64,000 nt of DNA from Bdellovibrionales bacterium (GTDB taxonomy: Bacteria; Bdellovibrionota; Bdellovibrionia; Bdellovibrionales; JAUICD01): positions 2,464,001-2,528,000 of the forward strand of contig OZ253553.1 of NCBI GenBank assembly GCA_965262715.1, given 5' to 3'. The translations under genes were made by a program, and so were the position numbers. Under the pieces are notes generated by a model. The model was not told where the DNA came from and did no database searches. It worked only from the letters and a program-made list of their open reading frames with translations. Shown piece after piece: positions 43,104 through 52,970 of the stretch; position 1 is the first letter of the stretch, and the number at the start of each line of letters is the position of its first letter.

Positions 43104-43594
43104 CCTCGCTTATCAACAGCTTATTTTTGGATTCTTTCTTAAATAATAACACTTTTTTTAAGTTAGGTTCACTAATTTCTTTGAACTTTTTTTATCATAT
43201 CATAGGCTTATTTGTAAATTAAATGAATTAATGTTTTTAAGTTAAGCTTTACCTGGACTTACTTCGGGTTAGTTAGATAGATTGATACTCAAAACTTCTT
43301 CTATATTTTTTATCATTTTGTTACAAAACATAAATTTATTTTCAAGTATAGAACTAGAAATAAAATGGCAGAATTTATCGAATAAACCAATTAGTGGAGC
43401 TTCAGGTTGATTGTATATAATTTACTCATCTTACGCAACTTTTATAATTTTAAGAGGTTTGTTGTTGTTTACTGATTTACCTAAGTTAAACCTTACTGAA
43501 TTGCTATCTCTGTAGTCCGGGAAACCGGGAATCCCGGGAAACTGGCAGTCTGTTTATTTTGAACTTTTCCCTAATTTTTTTCCCCAAGTTGTAT

Positions 43595-43737
43595 CACTAA
43601 AAATAAACTGACCTTCGGTCATTTTTGGATAGTCAGCCTGAAGACTCACATCTTCAAGAAAATGCTGACTACCTCAAAAAGCTGTTTATTTTTAGTAAGG
43701 AGATACTTTTCATTTTTTACATACATGTTAGGGAAAA
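43595..43737 (+). repeat. Structured element family I, inserted in the leader of four-helix gene 2
   Basis: Full stems; TGAC-CTTCGG-TCA tetraloop arm. Confidence 0.85.
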
Positions 43738-43774
43738 TGTTTTATTTCTCAACGAGTAAAGGAGAAAAAAAATT

Positions 43775-44072
43775 ATGAAAAAACTCAAAACTTATCATTA
43801 CCATTCAAGTTCAATTCTATCATAAATCTAACAACTTAAATTTAAGAGGCCCTATGAAGAATCAGTTTCAAAGAGCTATGCTCAGCATTGTACTCAATCT
43901 AGCTGAAGGCTCTGCTAAGTCTAGTCATAAAGAACGTAAGAAGTTTTATGAGATTAGTTTAGGTTCTCTGAGGGAAGTACAAGCAATACTAACTCTTGTT
44001 AACCATCAAAAGTTAATAAAAGAATCTGATAAAATAGGGGCCTTTCTATATAAATTGTGTAAAAATACTTGA
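43775..44072 (+). pseudogene. Four-helix-bundle protein paralog with a net +4 nt frameshift near codon 8
   Basis: MKKLKTY start homologous to 33759 but out of frame with the body (43854-44072). Confidence 0.8.
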
Positions 44073-44369
44073 AACTTAAATTAACCTCTCTTTATTGAAG
44101 CGTCTTTGCATAAGGTCAGTAATTCATTGAAAAAATCGCTTATTTTAAAGCTTTTTGTGTTAAAAGTATAATAAATGACTAATAATGGCTTTTCAATCAT
44201 AAAAATAATTCTCTCATCACATAAATGCTGATTTGAAAAACTTCCTTTTACAGTTCACATTAGTTCCTTTATAGAATAAAGTAAGAATTGGGATATTTGC
44301 TTAACAAAGCTTTAATTATTAAAAAGAAATTCATAATAATTAGTATAAATAAAAGCAGGTAAAGATTAA

Positions 44370-45419
44370 ATGCCATTTAATATTAAGTCATATTTTGACA
44401 GATTCTTAGAATTGTTACGCAGGGAAAAAAAACCTCCTAATGATCTTCCTGTAGATCAGCCTTCTATGAACCAAAACCTTTCTGAAACAGTTGATCGTGC
44501 TCATCATGTTTCAATCCACAAACCAAAAAATACTTATAAAAGGCCGCCTTTAGAGTGGCTCTATGCTTATTTATTAGCAATTTTAATAGGTTATTGGTTA
44601 GCTGACTTAGGCGTACTCAGTGTGCGGGATAAGTTTGTAGCGCAATCAGTGGCTCCTATTGCTCCACGGAAAGCCTCTGTTAAAAGACAGCCTTTACGCC
44701 AACAATATGACGTCATCACTGGTCGGAATATTTTTAATGCACAAGGTTTTATCCCCCCTCCATTTTCTGGTAAGAACATTCCAGATGAAGATACAAGTCA
44801 ACCTGTACCTTCCAGGCTGCCTTTAAAGCTTATTGGGACTATTGTACATACTAACCCTTCTAGGTCAGTGGCAACTATTCAAGTTCAAGGTAAGAAAATC
44901 AACCCTTATCTTCCAAAAGATACTCTGGAATCTATAGCCCAATTGATTAAGGTTGAACGTTTCACTGCTATTTTAAGAAATAACCAGAACGGACAACTAG
45001 AATATATTGAGATTAAAGATGATGGAATCAATCTAGCAGTACAAAACACTATGTCTACAAAGAAGTCTACAAACCGGGGTCCTCAAAGACAAGGTAACAA
45101 TTTTTCTTTAACAAGAAATGAGGTTAATAAATATATACAAAATTTACCAGCTCTTTTACAACAAGCAAGAGCCATTCCTGTTATAGAACCTGGTACTGGA
45201 GCCATCAATGGTTTTCGCCTTGTAGAGATACAACCAGGCAGTCTTTATGAAAATTTAGGATTCAAAAGAAATGATGTTATCAAAAATGTTAACGGAGAGG
45301 CTGTTGACAGTCCTGCAAAGGCTATGGAGCTTTATAATAGCCTTAAGACAGACTCTAATGTTTCTATTGATTTTGATAGAAACGGCAGAACGCAAACTTC
45401 TAACTTTTCCATTGAGTAA
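44370..45419 (+). CDS. gspC: Type II secretion protein GspC (HR plus PDZ)
   Basis: TM, RNIFN, LKLIGT motifs; PDZ (GFRL...GSLYENLG...VNG). Confidence 0.88.
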   Translation: MPFNIKSYFDRFLELLRREKKPPNDLPVDQPSMNQNLSETVDRAHHVSIHKPKNTYKRPPLEWLYAYLLAILIGYWLADLGVLSVRDKFVAQSVAPIAPRKASVKRQPLRQQYDVITGRNIFNAQGFIPPPFSGKNIPDEDTSQPVPSRLPLKLIGTIVHTNPSRSVATIQVQGKKINPYLPKDTLESIAQLIKVERFTAILRNNQNGQLEYIEIKDDGINLAVQNTMSTKKSTNRGPQRQGNNFSLTRNEVNKYIQNLPALLQQARAIPVIEPGTGAINGFRLVEIQPGSLYENLGFKRNDVIKNVNGEAVDSPAKAMELYNSLKTDSNVSIDFDRNGRTQTSNFSIE

Positions 45420-45429
45420 TTTTCTAATA

Positions 45430-46023
45430 GAACCAGCCTCTGTTTCACTAAAAATGAACCAGCCTCTGTTTCACTAAAAATGAACCAGCCTCTAGAGACG
45501 AGCCTCTGGCTGTTTTTGGGCAATCAGCTTGAAGGTTTGCACCTTCAAAAAATGCTGATTGCCTCAAAAATCTGTTCATTTTTAGTAGACAAGATACCTC
45601 TCATTCTTTAACATAATGTTAAGGAAATCGTTTTATTAATTTAGGTACCATCAAAAAAACTGTCTCATTCACTAAAAATGAACCAGCCTCTAGAGGCGAG
45701 CCTCTGGCTGTTTTTGGACAATCAGCTTGAAGGTTTGCACCTTCAAAAAATGCTGATTGCCTCAAAAATCTGTTCATTTTTAGTAGACAAGATACCTCTC
45801 ATTCTTTAACATAATGTTAAGGAAATCGTTTTATTAATTTAGGTACCATCAAAAAAACTGTCTCATTCACTAAAAATGAACCAGCCTCTAGAGGCGAGCC
45901 TCTGGCTGTTTTTGGACAATCAGCTTGAAGGTTTGCACCTTCAAAAAATGCTGATTGCCTCAAAAATCTGTTCATTTTTAGTAGACAAGATACCTCTCAT
46001 TCTTTAACACAATGTTAAGGAAA
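45430..46023 (+). repeat. Tandem array of about 3 x 198 bp, each with a family I element, preceded by a 26-bp duplication
   Basis: Units start at 45472, 45670, 45868; near identical. Confidence 0.95.
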
Positions 46024-46394
46024 ACTTCCTTCCACTACCTCTCCTTATAAATCACCTAAATCTTTACAGCAAATTATTGCCCCAAAGATTTTCCCCTTGT
46101 TTTTTATCACTCAAAATAGACCAGTGCCTGTCGCACTTTAAAAGAGTCTGTCCATTTTGAGTAAGAAGCCATCTTTAGTTATGTTATGTTTTGCATTTTG
46201 CAATTTGAATTCTTAAATGCTATAAAACTTTACTTTTGAGATAACTTCTAATTGATTCAAATCTAAAAAACCCCCAAACTAAGAAATATTGACATATTGG
46301 ATTTTGAAATTGCGTGTAAAACTTACACTATATTTTCTTTTATATTTTTTCATTCACATATCAAGCTTTTTATAGTAGCTTTACCAGTAATTTT

Positions 46395-47717
46395 TTGAAG
46401 GACATATTCATAGTGGTTTTATTTAGAGACGCAATCTTACTGAGTATTTTATTAGTTCATTCTCTGGCTTTTTCTCAACTTAGAGAACCTCAATCAGAAT
46501 TTCAATTTCCAAGAAGCGCTGTTGACGTATTTGTTGATTTTGCGCTTTCTAAATTAGGTGAAGATCGTATTGATAATGTTATGGGCCCTAATTGGATTGA
46601 TGATATGATAATGCTCTCTCAACATTGGACAATAGATGAAGCTGAACGCTTTTTAAAGCTTCTAACATCTGCTGGAATCTCAAAATACACTATTTTAAAA
46701 GTCCTTCAAACAACTGAACATTTGAATCGAGTCATGTCAATAATGAGGTATATGCAACAAGAAGTTGGTCTTAACGATAATCAAGTGGCAACTGCAATGA
46801 AAAAGAGCTTCGAGGCCTTTACTCAAGGTAATACCACAGAAATGGCCTTGATTCTTAACAAGCTAAAGAAATACTTTCAAATGAATCAAATCAAAAGATT
46901 AGTGATGAAGAACCCCGAGGCTTTTACTCGAGGCAACGCTACACAAATGGATGCGATCATTAACAGGCTCATAGATCGCTTTAATAACCTCGAAATAACA
47001 ACTTTGATAAGGCATAATATTGAAGCCTTCACTCGAGGACATGTTGCAAAAATGGAGGCAATTGAGCAAAAGCTTAAAGCACGTGGTGTCAATAATGATG
47101 GAATAAAAATTAGTGATGATGAAATAACAATTATGATGAAAAACAACATTGAAGCCTTTACTCGAGGAGATATTGCAAAAATGGATGCAGTTGAACAAAA
47201 ACTTAAAGCGCGTGGCATCAATAATGATGGAATAAAAATTAGTGATGATGAAATAACAATTATGATGAAAAACGACCCTGAAGCCTTTACTCGAGGAGAT
47301 ATTGCAAAAATGGAGGCAATTGAGCAAAAGCTTAAAGCACGTGGTGTCAATAATGATGGAATAAAAATTAGTGATGATGAAATAACAATTATGATGAAAA
47401 ACAACATTAAAGCCTTTACTCGAGGAGATATTGCAAAAATGGAGGCGATTGAGCAAAAACTTAAGGAGTATGGCCTTAGTGATGATGAAATAACAATTAT
47501 GATGAAAAACAACATTGAAGCCTTCACTCAAGGAGATGTTAGAAGAATAAATCCACTCGTTAACAAACTTAAAGCGCGTGGCTTTACCCAACCTGCAATA
47601 CAAGAAGCATTAAAAAGACATATTTGGTCTTTTACAAAAATAAGAACTAAAATAGAAGATGTAGTAAAGTATATAGAAAAACAAGAGAGAAGAATATGCG
47701 CCGAAGCCGTATCATAA
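46395..47717 (+). CDS. Secreted alpha-helical tandem-repeat protein (mTERF-like pattern, tentative)
   Basis: Signal peptide; 129-bp/43-aa repeats at 47022, 47151, 47280 plus shorter units. Confidence 0.75.
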   Translation: MKDIFIVVLFRDAILLSILLVHSLAFSQLREPQSEFQFPRSAVDVFVDFALSKLGEDRIDNVMGPNWIDDMIMLSQHWTIDEAERFLKLLTSAGISKYTILKVLQTTEHLNRVMSIMRYMQQEVGLNDNQVATAMKKSFEAFTQGNTTEMALILNKLKKYFQMNQIKRLVMKNPEAFTRGNATQMDAIINRLIDRFNNLEITTLIRHNIEAFTRGHVAKMEAIEQKLKARGVNNDGIKISDDEITIMMKNNIEAFTRGDIAKMDAVEQKLKARGINNDGIKISDDEITIMMKNDPEAFTRGDIAKMEAIEQKLKARGVNNDGIKISDDEITIMMKNNIKAFTRGDIAKMEAIEQKLKEYGLSDDEITIMMKNNIEAFTQGDVRRINPLVNKLKARGFTQPAIQEALKRHIWSFTKIRTKIEDVVKYIEKQERRICAEAVS

Positions 47718-47997
47718 AAACGCATATAACTCTCCGGAATTCTGGCAAACCGGCATGACGGCATGGCTATTCAAGTTCAATTTTTCAATTTACAAACACT
47801 ATAGATAAGTTTTCAAAAGAGAAACTGGTGATAAAAGCCAATGATAAGAATAGACAAGAGTTTGGCCTCAAGGCAGTGATTTTGAAATTTAAGAAATAAA
47901 TTGAAGGCCCAGCTCAATTTAGTCCCGAGAGCCAGAGACTGATTGCCTGACTGCCGGATCCCGGGAAAAAAGGCTGCTTAAGTAATTATGAGCCTTT

Positions 47998-49920
47998 TTA
48001 TATCATAGATATTAAAATAATAGAGACAATAGCAACACCCAATAACATATACATTGCATATTGTTGCAAGTTACCACTTTGAAGATGACCTAACGACACA
48101 CCAGATGATCTTATCAAATCTGTAATCCTATAGGTGGTCTTATCAATAAAACCTATATCGATAATCTCCCATAGCTTTCGACTTAAGTAAATAAATGGTT
48201 TCACAATAAGCTTATCGTAACCCTCATCAATCCAATACTTATTTGCAATCAGCTTATGAACTTTTTGGAAACCCACATTTAAACTGAAGTGACCTCGCCT
48301 CTTCACATACATCCAAAAAGCAAGGCTAGCAGACAATAAAGCAACACTGACAGAAATAGTCATCATTAAAAGTTCTATTTTTGTATTTGCAGGTGTCAAT
48401 CCCGGCAAAGGTGTCTCAGGTAACCAATTTTCTAGTAAATGAGGAAAGTGCCCTAAGACATGAGGTATTCCTACATAACCCCCTATAATAGATAGAAATC
48501 CTAATAAAATTAAAGGTAGAGTCATAATAAAAGGAGATTCATGAGGATGACCTTTAAAGTCTTTTGATTTTTCTCCCCAGAATGTCAATGACATAAGTCT
48601 TGTCATATAAAAAGCTGTCAGACCTGCGCCTAAAACACCTAATACCCAGAAAGTTATATCACCTCTAGGACTATGAAATGACATCCATAAAATTTCATCC
48701 TTACTAAAGAAACCAGAGAAAAAAGGAAACCCTATAATAGCCAGCCAACCCATAATAAAAGTACTATGAGTGATTGGCATATCTTTACGCAATCCTCCCA
48801 TTTTACGAATATCTTGCTCACCTTTCATAGAATGGATCACACTACCTGCTCCTAAAAACATCAATGCTTTAAAAAAAGCATGAGTCATTAAGTGGAATAA
48901 AGCTGATGAAAAAGCCCCTACACCAACAGCTAAAAACATATAACCTAACTGCGAAATTGTTGAATATGCCAATATTTTTTTAATATCATTTTGTAAAAGT
49001 CCAATAGATGCAGCAAAGACAGCAGTTGCCACGCCAACCACTGCAATAATAGTCATTGCTAAAGGTGTGACCAAATAAAAAACATTAAGTCTTATGATCA
49101 TATAGACTCCAGCTGTCACCATAGTGGCTGCATGAATTAAAGCCGAGACAGGTGTTGGCCCTGCCATTGCATCTGGAAGCCAAGTATATAAAGGAATTTG
49201 CGCTGACTTACCTGTTGCTCCTATGAACAAGAGCATGGCAGCAATAAACCACCATGAAGATGTTTCCCCCCCATCTTCTAAAAACTGTGTAGCAAAAGCA
49301 TTAATTTCAAGAAACTCTAAGGTACCTATATTTATAAATATTAAAAATATACCTAAAATCAATGCTGCATCACCTATCCGATTCATAATAAAGGCTTTCA
49401 TCCCAGCTGCTGCTTTTTGAGCATCTGAAAACCAAAAACCTATTAGTAAGTAAGAACACAATCCTACTCCTTCCCAACCAATAAACATGACAGGTAAGTT
49501 AGATCCTAAAACCAAAATAAGCATATAAAAAATAAAAAGATTTAAATAAGCAAAATACTGAGACGGCCTATTATCTTCGCTCATATACCCTATACTAAAT
49601 AAGTGAATGAGTGTGCCTACACCTGTGATGATCAAGCCCATAATAATACTGACTTCATCAACTAAGAAAGAAGCATTAATATGAAAATCTCCAATAGAGA
49701 TCCAGTTGAAATAATTAGCTGTAAGTTGTCTTTGGCCAGCGTCTTTTTCTAAAAGCCGAAAAAAAACTAAAATGCAACACACAAAAGAAATAAAAATAGC
49801 CGATGTAGCAATTGTGCCAGAAGTTTTATGACACTTTATCTTTCTACGAAAAGCATTGATTAAAAACCCTATAAAAGGAGATAACAATAAAAGAGCAATT
49901 AGCACTTCGTTTCTAATCAT
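47998..49920 (-). CDS. nuoL: NADH-quinone oxidoreductase subunit L
   Basis: WLPDAMAGPTPVSALIHAATMVTAG, HAFFKA motifs. Confidence 0.97.
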   Translation of the reverse strand: MIRNEVLIALLLLSPFIGFLINAFRRKIKCHKTSGTIATSAIFISFVCCILVFFRLLEKDAGQRQLTANYFNWISIGDFHINASFLVDEVSIIMGLIITGVGTLIHLFSIGYMSEDNRPSQYFAYLNLFIFYMLILVLGSNLPVMFIGWEGVGLCSYLLIGFWFSDAQKAAAGMKAFIMNRIGDAALILGIFLIFINIGTLEFLEINAFATQFLEDGGETSSWWFIAAMLLFIGATGKSAQIPLYTWLPDAMAGPTPVSALIHAATMVTAGVYMIIRLNVFYLVTPLAMTIIAVVGVATAVFAASIGLLQNDIKKILAYSTISQLGYMFLAVGVGAFSSALFHLMTHAFFKALMFLGAGSVIHSMKGEQDIRKMGGLRKDMPITHSTFIMGWLAIIGFPFFSGFFSKDEILWMSFHSPRGDITFWVLGVLGAGLTAFYMTRLMSLTFWGEKSKDFKGHPHESPFIMTLPLILLGFLSIIGGYVGIPHVLGHFPHLLENWLPETPLPGLTPANTKIELLMMTISVSVALLSASLAFWMYVKRRGHFSLNVGFQKVHKLIANKYWIDEGYDKLIVKPFIYLSRKLWEIIDIGFIDKTTYRITDLIRSSGVSLGHLQSGNLQQYAMYMLLGVAIVSIILISMI

Positions 49921-50180
49921 TATTTGCTAAACCCCCTCACTCCTATAATTATAATACATAACAATGCAAGACCGACCCAGTAATGAGAAAGATAGAAAAC
50001 TTTCTCACCTTCAATTTCTTCTATATACCAAACGCCATAACGATTAACCAAAGCTATCTCATAACCTTTGAACTTCAATATTATAATTAAAGTACACATT
50101 GATACGAATATTATCCACGCCATGGATGTCTCAAGTTTTTTTAACATTTTGGTTTTAGGTTGTATGATATCTTTTATCAT
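49920..50180 (-). CDS. Small hypothetical two-TM protein between nuoK and nuoL
   Basis: 86-aa ORF whose stop overlaps the nuoL start. Confidence 0.55.
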   Translation of the reverse strand: MIKDIIQPKTKMLKKLETSMAWIIFVSMCTLIIILKFKGYEIALVNRYGVWYIEEIEGEKVFYLSHYWVGLALLCIIIIGVRGFSK

Positions 50181-50231
50181 TTTTTAACACTCATAACTAC
50201 TTAAGTTTTTCCAACATCAAAGCAAAATAAC

Positions 50232-50552
50232 TTACCCTTTAAGATGTTCAAATAGTCTGATATGAACACCACCTAAACGTTTAAAAACAGAAACTGCAAT
50301 AGCTAAGCCTACAGCAGCCTCTGCTGCCGCAATAGCCATAACAAAAAATACCATGACTTGCCCTTCTAGATTATTCGTGAAGCGACTAAAAGCCACAAAT
50401 GTAAGATTTACAGCATTTAGCATAAGCTCAATAGACATTAAGACGACAAGAGCATTTCTACGAAGTAAAACACCTAAAAAACCAATCACAAAAAGTAAAG
50501 CTGACAAAATAAGATAATGAGAAAGCGTTACCTCTAAAAAGTCATGAAGCAT
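50232..50552 (-). CDS. nuoK: NADH-quinone oxidoreductase subunit K
   Basis: [22 protein letters not shown] motifs. Confidence 0.96.
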   Translation of the reverse strand: MLHDFLEVTLSHYLILSALLFVIGFLGVLLRRNALVVLMSIELMLNAVNLTFVAFSRFTNNLEGQVMVFFVMAIAAAEAAVGLAIAVSVFKRLGGVHIRLFEHLKG

Positions 50553-51078
50553 GTGTTCCCCCTTTGCCTTTAGCAATAGCAATAGCTCCAATAAGTACAA
50601 CTAAAAGAAGTATACCTATAACCTCAAATGCAAAAACATATTTTGTAAAAAGCTTGAGTGCTAAACCTTTAGTAGCAATCATAGCTACAGTATTGACTTC
50701 AGTAAGTGGAAAATGAGGCATAGAAGCAAAAAATGCTCCAGTAATAGCAGCTAATAATAATGCGGCTCCAGCAATTTTGAGTATTCCTGTAAAGTTACCC
50801 CTTACAAAGGCCTTTTTTTCATCTTGCAGATTAAATATCATCAATATCATAACAAACATAACAACCACAGCACCTGCATAAATAATCAGCTGAACACCTG
50901 CTATGAAATAAGCTTCTAAAGTAAAAAATAACCCCGCAATGCCTAGCATGCACACAGCTAAAGAAAGAGCGGAAAACACTGGGCTTGGAATAATTACAAC
51001 AGCCATTGCTGACGCCAATGTTACAAAAGCTAAGAGAAAGTATGTTAACTGCAAAAGATTCATATTTATTTCATCCAA
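50542..51078 (-). CDS. nuoJ: NADH-quinone oxidoreductase subunit J
   Basis: [23 protein letters not shown] motifs. Confidence 0.95.
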   Translation of the reverse strand: MDEINMNLLQLTYFLLAFVTLASAMAVVIIPSPVFSALSLAVCMLGIAGLFFTLEAYFIAGVQLIIYAGAVVVMFVMILMIFNLQDEKKAFVRGNFTGILKIAGAALLLAAITGAFFASMPHFPLTEVNTVAMIATKGLALKLFTKYVFAFEVIGILLLVVLIGAIAIAKGKGGTHAS

Positions 51079-52220
51079 TAGATAAAAACGGCTGTCAATG
51101 AAGTATTAGCAAGTGCCCATGGAAGTAGTGTTTTCCAACCAAAGGTCATTAAGTGGTCATAGCGAAATCGAGGTAATGTCCACCTCACCCAAACGAAAAG
51201 CCACAGTAAAAGCACCATTTTAAATAACAAAACAAGGTGAAAACATAAAGCAACTATGATGTTGATATAAGTGGTACTTTCAATACTCAAAGAGTAAGTG
51301 ATAAACGATCGAAAGGATTCTTCTGTAACAAAAGGAATATTCCAACCTCCTAAAAATAAAATAGAAAAAAGTACACTTGCTACCATCATGTGACCATACT
51401 CTGCCATAAAGAACACTAACATTTTAAATCCACCGTACTCTGTATGAAAACCTGCCACAAGTTCCGCCTCTGCCTCTGGAAGGTCAAATGGAAGACGGTT
51501 TGATTCAGCAAATGCGGCAACTAAAAATAAAATAGCCCCAATAGGTTGAAAAAAAATACCCCATTTAGGCAAAAATCCAATTGAGGCACCTAGCCCTGGT
51601 AAACTTAAGAAGAAAAGACCTTCTTGATGAATCACAATTTCTGTCAGATCAAATGTGGCATATGAAATCAAAACCCCTACAATAGATAAACTTAACACAA
51701 GCTCATAACTGATCATTTGAGCACTTGCTCTCAATGCTCCAAGTAGCGCATATTTATTCCCAGAGCCAAATCCAGCAATTAAAAGCCCATAAGCACCTAA
51801 AGAGCTCACACCTAATATATAAATAACTCCTATATCCATGCTGATGCCACGAAAATCAAAGAGATAAGGCCCCCAAGACCGGCCTAACCATTCGAAAGAT
51901 TCTACATGAATAGGAATGGATAAAGGTAGAGCTGAAAAAGCAAGTGCCACAGGAATGAGAGCTAAAATAGGAGCAGCAAGAAAAAGAGACTTAACAGCAT
52001 TTTGAGGTACAAATGATTCTTTGAATATAAATTTTACAGCATCTGCTAAAAGCTGAGTTAAACCTAAAGGTCCTACCCTATTAGGCCCAAAACGGTTTTG
52101 GATAAAAGCTGAACCTCGTCTTTCAACCCACACTAAGACAGGGACAGCTTGGATCATCATTAGAAAAATAGCAAGAAGCTTAATGATATTAACACTAGCT
52201 TCAAAAATATCTTGCCCCAT
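51066..52220 (-). CDS. nuoH: NADH-quinone oxidoreductase subunit H
   Basis: GPNRVGP, RLPFDLPEAE, TLPRFRYD motifs. Confidence 0.97.
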   Translation of the reverse strand: MGQDIFEASVNIIKLLAIFLMMIQAVPVLVWVERRGSAFIQNRFGPNRVGPLGLTQLLADAVKFIFKESFVPQNAVKSLFLAAPILALIPVALAFSALPLSIPIHVESFEWLGRSWGPYLFDFRGISMDIGVIYILGVSSLGAYGLLIAGFGSGNKYALLGALRASAQMISYELVLSLSIVGVLISYATFDLTEIVIHQEGLFFLSLPGLGASIGFLPKWGIFFQPIGAILFLVAAFAESNRLPFDLPEAEAELVAGFHTEYGGFKMLVFFMAEYGHMMVASVLFSILFLGGWNIPFVTEESFRSFITYSLSIESTTYINIIVALCFHLVLLFKMVLLLWLFVWVRWTLPRFRYDHLMTFGWKTLLPWALANTSLTAVFIYWMK

Positions 52221-52263
52221 CTCGTCTCTTTTGCCTCTTACAAAAATATTGACTCAAATGATT

Positions 52264-52647
52264 TCAATCCCATTCTAACCCACCTGCCATCCACTCATAA
52301 ATCAATCCATAAACAAGGACTCCCATAAAAAATCCTATCGAAAGCAGTAGCAAACCACCTAATTCTTTTATATTTTCTATAAAAATCAATGCCCACGGGT
52401 AGAGAAAAATAATTTCAATATCAAAAAGAATAAAGGAAATAGCAATAAGATAAAACTTAATAGGGATATTCGTTGTGCCAGAGTCTTCTCCTATAACACC
52501 ACACTCATAAGGCATTTGCTTAACAGGATCTTTTAGAAAAGAGCCTTTTGGCTTTTCTCCCAGTAGTGATACGAGATAAATCAATCCACCTGCAAAGACA
52601 GCAGTTATAACAATTAAAATCAGTACAGGTAAAAGCTGTTGAATCAT
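52264..52647 (-). CDS. nuoA: NADH-quinone oxidoreductase subunit A
   Basis: PYECG, FDIEIIFLYPWA, GGLEWD motifs. Confidence 0.96.
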   Translation of the reverse strand: MIQQLLPVLILIVITAVFAGGLIYLVSLLGEKPKGSFLKDPVKQMPYECGVIGEDSGTTNIPIKFYLIAISFILFDIEIIFLYPWALIFIENIKELGGLLLLSIGFFMGVLVYGLIYEWMAGGLEWD

Positions 52648-52756
52648 AATAGCTCATTTTTTAGTTTTTTTAAAAGTGTATTTCTAATGAGAGCTTCGCA
52701 CAAGAGATATAAATGATTTTTTTTATAACATCAAGGAGCTTTATTGCATAAATATT

Positions 52757-52970
52757 AAGGTTCATAACTACTTAAACATTCTTTTCTTCCGGAAGTCCGG
52801 GAAACAGGCAATCCGGCACACTGGTCCCGGAAGCTGGAGACGGCTTGCCAGATTCCCGATCTCCCGGATTCCCGGGTTCCAGAGATACTCATTAGACAAT
52901 GATGTAACTTTTAGATAAATCAATAACCTATAAAACTCTTAAAGTTATAAAGGTTGCGTAAGATGAGTTA
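52757..52970 (-). repeat. Gene-less copy of the four-helix cassette leader with degenerate CCGG/CTGG octamer repeats
   Basis: Reverse complement begins TAACTCATCTTACGCAAC...ATAACTTTAAGAG, as at 43422. Confidence 0.7.

Noticed and set aside
33759..44072. Diversity-generating retroelement suggested by bAvd-like genes
   Set aside because: No reverse transcriptase and no TR/VR pair with adenine-specific mismatches in the window
45472..46023. 198-bp repeats as CRISPR or guide array
   Set aside because: Units, including linkers, are nearly identical; no variable spacers
46886..47603. Long antisense ORFs over the repeat protein
   Set aside because: Shadow frames kept open by tandem repetition of a stop-free unit
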